From: Armatimonadota bacterium
Lineage (GTDB): Bacteria > Armatimonadota > Chthonomonadetes > Chthonomonadales > JAMCWF01
Reading direction: 5' to 3'
NCBI GenBank assembly: GCA_023481295.1
Contig: JAMCWF010000014.1
Span: 1-49,373 of the forward strand
DNA: 49,373 bases
Under the pieces are notes generated by a model that saw only the letters and a program-made list of their open reading frames with translations, had not been told where the DNA came from and did not search any database. Shown one piece after another: positions 27,420 through 34,901 of the stretch (position 1 is its first letter; each line of letters starts with the position of its first letter). The translations under genes were made by a program, and so were the position numbers.

Positions 27420-28637
27420 TTAGAGTCCGATTTGCTGGGTAGTCTGGCCCGAGTCGACCGGCTGGATTACCGGCAATGGCATGAATAAGTGCTCTTTTTC
27501 AATGACTTTCTTGACCGGGTGGTAAAGGCTGTCGCGCTCTACCGGCTCTCTACCGGCCTCTCGAATAATGGCCTCCATCTGCCGCTGAGTCAAAACCTGC
27601 CGCTTGTTTCCTTGTTCGCCGTCCTGGTAGGTAATTTCATACTCGTGCACGGTGCCGTCCACGTCATCGGCGCCATACCAGAGCGAAATCTGGGTTATTT
27701 CAGGGGAGTTCATAATCCAAAAAGATTTTATATGATCGAAATTATCCAGCATGAGCCGCGCCACCACCAAATTCCTCAAATCATCATAACCGGTCGGATG
27801 CGGGATGTCTTCAATCTCGGTGCCCTCCGGGTGGAAGGAGAGAGGGGTGAAGGTCACGAAATGACCGGTTTCGTCTTGAAGCTCCCGCAGCTTAACCAGG
27901 TGATCTACGCGCTCCTCATCCGTTTCAATGTGACCGTATAGCATCGTAGCATACATGGTGAGGCCGGCCCTGGCCGCCGCACGTGCCACCTCCATCCACT
28001 CGCGGCTGTTTATCTTGCGGTCAAACAGCTCCGCATGTACCCGATCCGACATGACCTCAATCCCACCGCCGGGCAGGGAGTCGAGGCCGGCGGCCATTAA
28101 TTCGCTAAGCACCTCGTCCATCGGCTTGCCGGCAACCCGTTGAATCTCAACCAGCTCCACCGCGGTGAAGGCTTTGACGTGAACGCCGGGCCTTACCGAC
28201 TTCACCGTTTTTAAAAGATCGAGGTAGTACTGATACGGAAGCCGCGGATTGATCCCACCCACCATATGGACTTCGGTGATGGGCACATCCTTATGGGCAA
28301 GCAGGCGGGCGCGCACTTCCTCCAATGAGAGCGTGTAAGGGTCGGGTCCGCCTTTCTTGGCATAAAAGGAGCAAAATTTGCAAAACTTATTGCAGATGTT
28401 GGTATAGTTGATGTGTTGATTGCGGACGTAGTAGGCTTTATTCCCCTGTTTGCGCTCTCGTACCATATTGGCCAGGTAGCCGACCGCATTGAGGTTGGGA
28501 TGCCGGTACAGTTGCACACCCTCCTCAAAGCTCAACCGCTCTCCCGCCGATACCCGCTCCGATATATCGCGTAAATCATCCCCGATCCGCCGCTCCACCC
28601 ATGCCGGCATCGCCGGGTTGATGGTCGTTAAAGCCAT
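27420..28637 (-). CDS. mqnE: Radical SAM futalosine-pathway enzyme, most like aminofutalosine synthase MqnE
   Basis: 405 aa. GERLSFEEGVQLY...HINYTNICNKFCKFCSFY. Paralogue of the adjacent gene, separated from it by 1 nt. Confidence 0.65.
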   Translation of the reverse strand: MALTTINPAMPAWVERRIGDDLRDISERVSAGERLSFEEGVQLYRHPNLNAVGYLANMVRERKQGNKAYYVRNQHINYTNICNKFCKFCSFYAKKGGPDPYTLSLEEVRARLLAHKDVPITEVHMVGGINPRLPYQYYLDLLKTVKSVRPGVHVKAFTAVELVEIQRVAGKPMDEVLSELMAAGLDSLPGGGIEVMSDRVHAELFDRKINSREWMEVARAAARAGLTMYATMLYGHIETDEERVDHLVKLRELQDETGHFVTFTPLSFHPEGTEIEDIPHPTGYDDLRNLVVARLMLDNFDHIKSFWIMNSPEITQISLWYGADDVDGTVHEYEITYQDGEQGNKRQVLTQRQMEAIIREAGREPVERDSLYHPVKKVIEKEHLFMPLPVIQPVDSGQTTQQIGL

Positions 28638-28866
28638 TGCTTCCTCCGAACCTCAGTAATGATCGTTTGAGTATACCTCAATCGTGATCGGAGGGGCAAT
28701 CTTCGTCTGGCTAAACATTGGTGGGTAAGCGGGCATTTCGATCAGAGGGCGTTTACGGGCTGAAAGACGGTTGGCGTCCATCACCTAGAAGCCAGTTGGA
28801 AAACTCGAATATTTACCGATCATGACTCAAAATATTCTATAAATTGAGCGTGAAAGAGGAGGTAAA

Positions 28867-28938
28867 ATGTCTGAACGATCACCATTTAAGCTTTTTCAGC
28901 CGTCTTTTAAGAGATTGTTGAAAAATAATACCTTTTGA
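28867..28938 (+). CDS. Candidate 23-aa small ORF (MSERSPFKLFQPSFKRLLKNNTF), unverified
   Basis: ATG preceded by AGAGGAGG (4-nt spacer). Lies in an otherwise non-coding AT-rich stretch. No homology recognised. Confidence 0.2.
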   Translation: MSERSPFKLFQPSFKRLLKNNTF

Positions 28939-28965
28939 GCTGCGTCAATCAGGTAAAAATTTATA

Positions 28966-28992
28966 GCCGGGCGGTGGATACCACCGTCCGGC
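28966..28992 (-). terminator. Strong hairpin, intrinsic-terminator-like on the minus strand
   Basis: 12-bp stem GCCGGGCGGTGG/CCACCGTCCGGC (one G-U) with 3-nt loop. On the minus strand it is followed by TATAAATTTTTAC. No annotated minus-strand gene ends here. Confidence 0.35.
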
Positions 28993-29192
28993 TTCAGCAG
29001 GCGATCAAAACAAGGGCTCCGTTCATAACCCGGAACTGAACACCACTTGGACGCCCGTTCTGTAGGCTAAAACGAAAGCTAACTCGTCTCTCCACCTCGT
29101 TGACTAGATTCCATAATTAGTCACCACCTCCTTTTTAGTCCTTTTCATGATGGCACAATCCGCTTCTACTGTCAAATTGAAGAAGGAGCGAA

Positions 29193-29466
29193 ACAGTTCA
29201 GTTTTACAGGGAATTTTTGGAGCGCGATGGATTTCACCACCGTCCTGATTTTCCCCATAAGAGGTGTTAAAAAGATAGGGTCAAGCCTTGAAGGACAGCC
29301 GACGCCCCCCATCCTCGCCTTCCGGGATAGGGCAACCCCATTGCTCGCGTGCACTTATCCTTGAAGGACAGCCGGCGACCCCCATCCTCACCTTCCCCCT
29401 AGGAGGGGGAAGGTGAGGATGGGGTGGATTGTGTAATCGAGAATGATTCCCGCAGAACTGAACTCA
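29193..29466. mobile_element. MITE family A, long variant with internal duplication
   Basis: Termini ACAGTTCAGTTTTACAGGGAAT ... ATTCCCGCAGAACTGAACTCA. TA on the right flank only. Duplicated CCTTGAAGGACAGCCG.CG.CCCCCATCCTC block. Confidence 0.85.
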
Positions 29467-29584
29467 TACGAAGGAGCTGGACGGACACGTTTCGTTAGGA
29501 TAAATGGTATTATGGGTTGTCAGGGAAGGGGCACGTTGTATGTGCCCGTGTGGTGATCGGAATTATTGCGTCGAGGTGGTCTTG

Positions 29585-30607
29585 ATGAGACGAAAGCTGT
29601 TCTGTGGTTGGAAGTTTTTGACCGTCGTAATGCTGCTGGTGCCGGTCGGAGCGACCGCTTGCCGGTGTGAGTACGTCCGCAGGCAAGCTTACCTTTCTAT
29701 TTCCAGGAGTAATCCAATGCCAATCAATGAAGGAATGAAAGACTTAACCGTTATCAAGCCCAAGCGCATGATCAAGGTGACCGATCATGAAAACTGGAAG
29801 GCGATGGAGGGTTTCGGCGCACAGTCGGGCCAAATTGATATGATGTACGAGATGATGGTGGAAGGGTCCGGCATGCAGCACATGAAGATGGGTAAGATGA
29901 GTCTTGCCAGCGCCGCTTATGGGAAAGAGAGCTCAAAGCCGTTAATCAAGGCCGGAGAGCCGCCCATACTGCCGGTTGCTGCCGTTATAACCCCCAACCC
30001 TCCCGCAGTGGGCGATAACCAGGTCGAAATCCAGGTTCATGATTTTAATGGTAAACCGGTGACCGGACTCAACCTTGAAGCAACGGTAGCAATGACCACG
30101 ATGGATATGGGGACCGCTCACCCGCGGGTCAAGGAGTTGGGAAGCGGCAAATATCAGGTCAAAGTGTCATTCGGGATGGCGGGGCCTTGGCGGGTGACCT
30201 TGAGCGGGGATGTGCCGCATAAGTCGGAAGTTGGATCGGTGAACGGCAATTTAGTCTTCACGGCCGGCAGTAAAAAGCGCTGGGTTCAGCCGGAGGAGGT
30301 ATTTCCAATGGTGGAATTTGCCAAGCTGCCGGTTAGGATGGGGCATAACCCGGTTGAAGTCAAGCTGGTCGATTCTGCGGCGAAGCCGGTGAAGGGTGCC
30401 AAGCTGGAGTGCGCAGTTTCTATGATCACAATGGATATGGGAACCAGCCACCCAGCCATCAAGGAGACCAAGGATGGGCTTTATGCCGGAGTCTTAAATT
30501 TCAGCATGGCCGGCGATTGGGAAGTATCGCTAAAGATATCGGCCCCTCAACTGCGCAAGCCTTTCGTGCAATCCTATACGGTCAAGGTTGAGAACGGGAG
30601 CACTTAA
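29585..30607 (+). CDS. Lipoprotein with two tandem YtkA-like/FixH-like domains and a Met-rich segment (putative metal, possibly copper, binding)
   Basis: ATG at 29585 starts MRRKLFCGWKFLTVVMLLVPVGATAC (lipobox-like). MMYEMMVEGSGMQHMKMGKM. Two repeats each contain M.TMDMGT.HP and FxMAGxW. Confidence 0.6.
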   Translation: MRRKLFCGWKFLTVVMLLVPVGATACRCEYVRRQAYLSISRSNPMPINEGMKDLTVIKPKRMIKVTDHENWKAMEGFGAQSGQIDMMYEMMVEGSGMQHMKMGKMSLASAAYGKESSKPLIKAGEPPILPVAAVITPNPPAVGDNQVEIQVHDFNGKPVTGLNLEATVAMTTMDMGTAHPRVKELGSGKYQVKVSFGMAGPWRVTLSGDVPHKSEVGSVNGNLVFTAGSKKRWVQPEEVFPMVEFAKLPVRMGHNPVEVKLVDSAAKPVKGAKLECAVSMITMDMGTSHPAIKETKDGLYAGVLNFSMAGDWEVSLKISAPQLRKPFVQSYTVKVENGST

Positions 30608-30699
30608 GGCGCCGGCCACCGATCTATTCAACGGTACAAAGTTCTGATTTCAGCGGGTGTCGGATAACCTCGTCTCCTCTCCTCGAGGAAGGTAGCAGG

Positions 30700-31947
30700 T
30701 TAGAGCGAAGTCAATACCGTCTCGACTGGTTGAATGCCGACCTCCTCGTCGGAGAGATAGCAGGCCGGATCGGGCGCCCAAGGATCATTGTAGACCCGCA
30801 GCGCTCTCACCCGAAAGCTGCCGCCGCACATTTTAAGAAATTGGCAGCTCGCGCAGCGGCCCTTCAGTAAAGGTATCCGATTCTTTAGGCCGCTCATAAG
30901 CGGATCGGTGGTATCCATCCAAATCTCCGAGAAGGGGCGTTGCTTCACATTGCCGAACGAGTAGTCCTGCCAGAACTGATCGGCATGCACCTCTCCTAAA
31001 AAGTCAATGTTGGCGATTCCGACCCCGGACGAGTTTGCGCCACCCCCGTTCCACTCCAGCAAGCGCCTGACATCTTTGGCGCGATCAGGGTCCCTGTCCA
31101 CCAACTTAAGGTAAAGATAGACCCCATCGGCATGATTGTCCACCGTAAGGATGTCTTTGTGCAAACCGCGACGCGCGAAATCTTCCGTGCGGCGTAGAAT
31201 GGTATCCAGCGCGTGGCGCGTTTCGGCGTGGGTGAGATCGTCGGAGGTGATGCCCCGTCCGCGGCCGGAATAGACGAGGTGATAAAAGCAGGCACGCTGG
31301 ATGCCGGCTTCCTCGATGAAGTCGAAGATACCGTCCAAATCTTCGACATTATGCCGGGTGAGGGTCAAACGCAAGCCGACCTTCTGGCCGACTTTCATAC
31401 AGTTCTTAATTCCGCGCACCGCCCAATCGAAAGCGCCCGCCTTTCCGCGAAAGACGTCGTTGGTGGGGCCGATCCCGTCCAGCGAAATGCCCACGTAGCT
31501 GAAGCCGGTATCCTTCAGCCGATGCGCGACCGGCAAAGTGATGGTGGTGCCATTGGTGGACAAGGTCAATCGCAATCCAAGCCCAGCCGCATACTCGGCC
31601 ACCTCAAAAAAGTCGCGGCGAAGCAGCGGCTCACCGCCGGAAAATAAGACGGCTGGCACGCGAAAATCGGCCAAGTCTTTCAGCATCAGCTTCGCCTCTT
31701 CGGTGGTCAGCTCGTCCGGATAGTCGCAGCTGGAGCTATCGGTGTAGCAGTGGATGCAGGCCAGGTTACACCGTCGTGTCATGTTCCAAACCACCACCGG
31801 GCGGCGCTCCATCGCCGATTTCGGCACATCATGGGATTTCCGTTCAGTGGGATAAGGGTTACCGTGTGATTCGCTGTTTTTCACCCCATACCGGAGCGGA
31901 TCACCGGTCGTATCGGTTGCGCAGTAAAGCTTGGTTATGTCAATCAT
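30700..31947 (-). CDS. Radical SAM/SPASM enzyme of the NirJ/AhbD-like family (tentatively heme synthase AhbD-like)
   Basis: ATG at 31947 (MIDITKLYCATD...DPLRYG). RRCNLACIHCY cluster. C-terminal SPASM CASCQFLKMCGGSFRVRA. ATGA overlap with the upstream gene. Confidence 0.6.
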   Translation of the reverse strand: MIDITKLYCATDTTGDPLRYGVKNSESHGNPYPTERKSHDVPKSAMERRPVVVWNMTRRCNLACIHCYTDSSSCDYPDELTTEEAKLMLKDLADFRVPAVLFSGGEPLLRRDFFEVAEYAAGLGLRLTLSTNGTTITLPVAHRLKDTGFSYVGISLDGIGPTNDVFRGKAGAFDWAVRGIKNCMKVGQKVGLRLTLTRHNVEDLDGIFDFIEEAGIQRACFYHLVYSGRGRGITSDDLTHAETRHALDTILRRTEDFARRGLHKDILTVDNHADGVYLYLKLVDRDPDRAKDVRRLLEWNGGGANSSGVGIANIDFLGEVHADQFWQDYSFGNVKQRPFSEIWMDTTDPLMSGLKNRIPLLKGRCASCQFLKMCGGSFRVRALRVYNDPWAPDPACYLSDEEVGIQPVETVLTSL

Positions 31948-33077
31948 GCCGCATGTTCCTTTCGATTTGGCTGATAGACACAGAAGGGGTCCGATTCCAT
32001 ATAGTCCCCGGTCACCGAATAGGCACGCGCCCGTGAGCCGCCGCAGACGTAACGGAATTCGCAGTAGCCGCATTTCCCCTTGTATCGATCCGGGCTGCGG
32101 AGGTCAATCATTATCGGGTGATTGCGATAGATGTCCACCAGGCTAGCGGTTCTCACATTACCGCAATCTATCGGTAGAAAACCGCTTGGGAAAACTTCAC
32201 CGATGTGGGAGATGAAGACGAAGCCACAGCCATCCGTAACCCCCTTCGGTGCCCGAGCGATGTCGCTGTCTTGAGGAATAGCGCCCAGCACCCGTGACCC
32301 GCCACGCTGGATGACCACGCGCCGGTAATGTGGGGCGGCCGTCGTTTTAATATCGAAGGGGGCTTGGCGGCTGAAATCATAAAGCCGGTTGAATACTTGC
32401 TCGAACTCCTCGGCTGAAATCTCATCCTCTAAGCGGCCTCGACCGGTTGGCACCAGAAAGAAAACGCTCCAGAGCGCCATTCCCGGCAAGCCGGCAACCG
32501 TTTCATGCATCTGATCCAACATATCCACATTGAAGCGGTGGATGGTGGTATTGATCTGGATCGGGATGCCGGCCTCATCGGCCAGGCGAACGATGCCCAT
32601 CGTCCACTCGAACGATTTCGGCACGCGGCGAAAGCGGTCATGGCTGTCCGCATTGGGACCGTCCAGGCTGATGGCAAGCCGCTTTAAGCCCGCTTCCTTT
32701 AGTGCTTGAATATGGTGACTCTTGACCAGAGGGGTACCGCTAGGGGTCAGCGCGGTACGCAGACCGATATGAGTGGCGTGATTGACCAGATCGAGCAGGT
32801 CGGGCCTCTTCATCGGATCGCCACCGGTAATGACGAAGAGGGGGTCGCCGAACCGTTTTATCTCATCTAATAGTGCGAAGCCTTCTTCAGTGGTCAGTTC
32901 TAATGGATTTCTTTTTGGTTGGGCGCTCGCTCGGCAGTGGATGCAAGCCAGATTGCAGGCGCGAGTTACTTCCCATATTGCAACGAACGGCGCCTGCCGG
33001 AAGTCAACGTGAAAAGGAGATTCCCGTCGTTCATTTTGAGCGATGCTGGCGGAAAATCGGGATTCTGGCTGGTTCAT
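31944..33077 (-). CDS. Radical SAM/SPASM enzyme of the NirJ/AhbC-like family (tentatively Fe-coproporphyrin synthase AhbC-like)
   Basis: 377 aa. FVAIWEVTRACNLACIHCRA cluster. ITGGDPMKRPD. SPASM CGYCEFRYVCGGSRARA. Confidence 0.6.
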   Translation of the reverse strand: MNQPESRFSASIAQNERRESPFHVDFRQAPFVAIWEVTRACNLACIHCRASAQPKRNPLELTTEEGFALLDEIKRFGDPLFVITGGDPMKRPDLLDLVNHATHIGLRTALTPSGTPLVKSHHIQALKEAGLKRLAISLDGPNADSHDRFRRVPKSFEWTMGIVRLADEAGIPIQINTTIHRFNVDMLDQMHETVAGLPGMALWSVFFLVPTGRGRLEDEISAEEFEQVFNRLYDFSRQAPFDIKTTAAPHYRRVVIQRGGSRVLGAIPQDSDIARAPKGVTDGCGFVFISHIGEVFPSGFLPIDCGNVRTASLVDIYRNHPIMIDLRSPDRYKGKCGYCEFRYVCGGSRARAYSVTGDYMESDPFCVYQPNRKEHAA

Positions 33078-33102
33078 CGGTAAACCTCTGGCACCTAGAT
33101 AT

Positions 33103-33118
33103 CGGATATTGTTATCCG
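33103..33118. promoter_or_regulatory. Perfect palindrome CGGATA-TTGT-TATCCG upstream of the radical SAM pair (candidate operator)
   Basis: Lies 26-41 nt upstream of the ATG at 33077 and just downstream of a minus-strand TATACT box. Confidence 0.25.
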
Positions 33119-33193
33119 AAAATAGTATACCCCTTACATTAAATTACGGCTCCACCGCCCGGCCGTTCCTCATATCCATTTAGCCAAGTCAGA

Positions 33194-33222
33194 TTGAATT
33201 GTGGCTTAGAGCGGAGTATAAT
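33194..33222 (+). promoter_or_regulatory. Near-consensus sigma70-like promoter TTGAAT-17 nt-TATAAT pointing antisense into rpmB
   Basis: Hexamers at 33194-33199 and 33217-33222 with an exactly 17-nt spacer. Sequence match only. Confidence 0.3.
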
Positions 33223-33242
33223 AGTCGAGTGGTTGGTCCGGT

Positions 33243-33455
33243 TTACACTGCCCGCTGAATCTTGCCTGCCTTGAGGCATTTCACACAGACAAGAACTCGC
33301 TGGGTCGCTCCGTTGGTGGCAACCCGTGCCGGCTGCAGGTTCGGCATCCAGCGCCGCTTGGTTCGCTGCGCGCGCAACGCCCATGAACCCGAGTGAACGT
33401 GACGAATATTTTGACCAAATTGTGGTTTTTTCCCGCAGACGGCGCACTGACGCAT
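33243..33455 (-). CDS. rpmB: 50S ribosomal protein L28, Cys4 (zinc-binding, C+) form
   Basis: 70 aa. MRQCAVCGKKPQFGQNIRHVHS...RRWMPNL...CVKCLKAGK matches the L28 pattern. Confidence 0.9.
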   Translation of the reverse strand: MRQCAVCGKKPQFGQNIRHVHSGSWALRAQRTKRRWMPNLQPARVATNGATQRVLVCVKCLKAGKIQRAV

Positions 33456-33534
33456 TGTAAATATCTCCTCGACGGATTGGCAGTGGATTTAAAATCGGTG
33501 GGACAAATTCCCAGCTTAAACATCGTATTTTAGC

Positions 33535-34749
33535 ATGAGGATGTCTAAAATGCAATCCGGGCAGTCATCGGATGGATTATCATACGTACCGAATTCGGTC
33601 GATGATTCGGCATCTCTTTTGGTTCGACTTCGAGATTGCCGAACGGTAAGGCCATTCGACAGCGTTCGGTTGGCGATCGAGAGAGAGCGAGAATCGGGGA
33701 TTGGATTCGTGCCGGTCGTTTTAAACGAGCAGCTTTTAGGTGTGTTTCGTTCCACCTGCCTGCCGGTGATCGGCTCGCAAAGCGAGCTGAACGATCTGTT
33801 AATGGAACCGGTTGATCGGCATTTAACCGAGATGGGTTTTACGATCTCCTCCGATTTCACCTCCAGCCAGGCGATCTCTGAATTAATCACCCGCCAGCTG
33901 CCGGCCGCACCGGTCATCGATTCCGACAATAATTGTTTGGGCGTTGCCGTCCTCAGTGACTTGCTGTCGCCCGACGTTTGGAACCTCCGGCCTTACCGTG
34001 TCGGTGGAATGGCCACTCCGTTCGGCGTCTATCTGACCGATGGCCGTCTGCGGGCAGGGGCCGTCGACTGGGCGCTGGTTGTTACTGGAATGCTGTTAGG
34101 TATCACTTTAACGTTCAGCACCTACATCGTTCAAGAGCTTGCGATCTTAATTCAGCATCAATCCGGATTGCCGCTGATGTCGTTACTGAACATGTCGGTT
34201 TCCGGCAAACAAGACGGCCTCAAGATACTGGCTCTATCGTTGCAGATCATCAGTCCATTGCTGTTTTTGTTGATATTGCGCGCGATGCCGCTGACCGGAT
34301 TCCACGCCGCTGAGCACATGACGGTGCACGCTATCGAGCAGGGGGAGCCGCTCGATCAGCGCATTGTCGCACGAATGCCGCGAATCCATCCGCGGTGCGG
34401 AACCAACTTGATGGCGGCCGGAGCCATCTTTTTAAGCGTGTCACAAACCATTTCGGTACTGGCGGCAAGAGCGCTGGATTCGGGGAGCGGTGCGATCTTG
34501 GCCGCAATGGTGACTTTTTTTGCCTGGCGGCCGTTTGGTGCATTTTTACAGCAATACTTCACCACCAAACCTCCCACCGATCGGCAGCTTCAAAGCGGAA
34601 TCGCGGCCGGACAGGAGCTGCTGGATAAGTTCAATCATGCTCCTCCAGGCCGACCCGAACTGCCTTTGCGAGTATGGCGAATGGGGATTTTGCAGGTCAT
34701 GGCTGGGGCATCGCTGACGATGCCATTGGCATGGCTTGTGTTGCGATGA
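33535..34749 (+). CDS. CBS-pair-like N-terminal region fused to a DUF1385 (YqhQ-like) membrane domain
   Basis: 404 aa. C-terminal FHAAEHMTVHAIEQGEPL and RIHPRCGTNL match the DUF1385 signatures (HGAEHK, HPRCGT). Several TM helices. The N-terminal CBS call is weak. Confidence 0.55.
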   Translation: MRMSKMQSGQSSDGLSYVPNSVDDSASLLVRLRDCRTVRPFDSVRLAIERERESGIGFVPVVLNEQLLGVFRSTCLPVIGSQSELNDLLMEPVDRHLTEMGFTISSDFTSSQAISELITRQLPAAPVIDSDNNCLGVAVLSDLLSPDVWNLRPYRVGGMATPFGVYLTDGRLRAGAVDWALVVTGMLLGITLTFSTYIVQELAILIQHQSGLPLMSLLNMSVSGKQDGLKILALSLQIISPLLFLLILRAMPLTGFHAAEHMTVHAIEQGEPLDQRIVARMPRIHPRCGTNLMAAGAIFLSVSQTISVLAARALDSGSGAILAAMVTFFAWRPFGAFLQQYFTTKPPTDRQLQSGIAAGQELLDKFNHAPPGRPELPLRVWRMGILQVMAGASLTMPLAWLVLR

Positions 34750-34901
34750 GGCAGATTTGAACGGGCTGAACGGAATCCGCATCGATTGAACGGGAGTTTT
34801 CATCTTCAGATGTTCGGGAGAAATCCTGAAGCAAAACATTAGAGGCAGACAAATTCCAATTCAGCCATCAAGCTGAAATCCAACTTAGAAAGAACGTGTT
34901 G

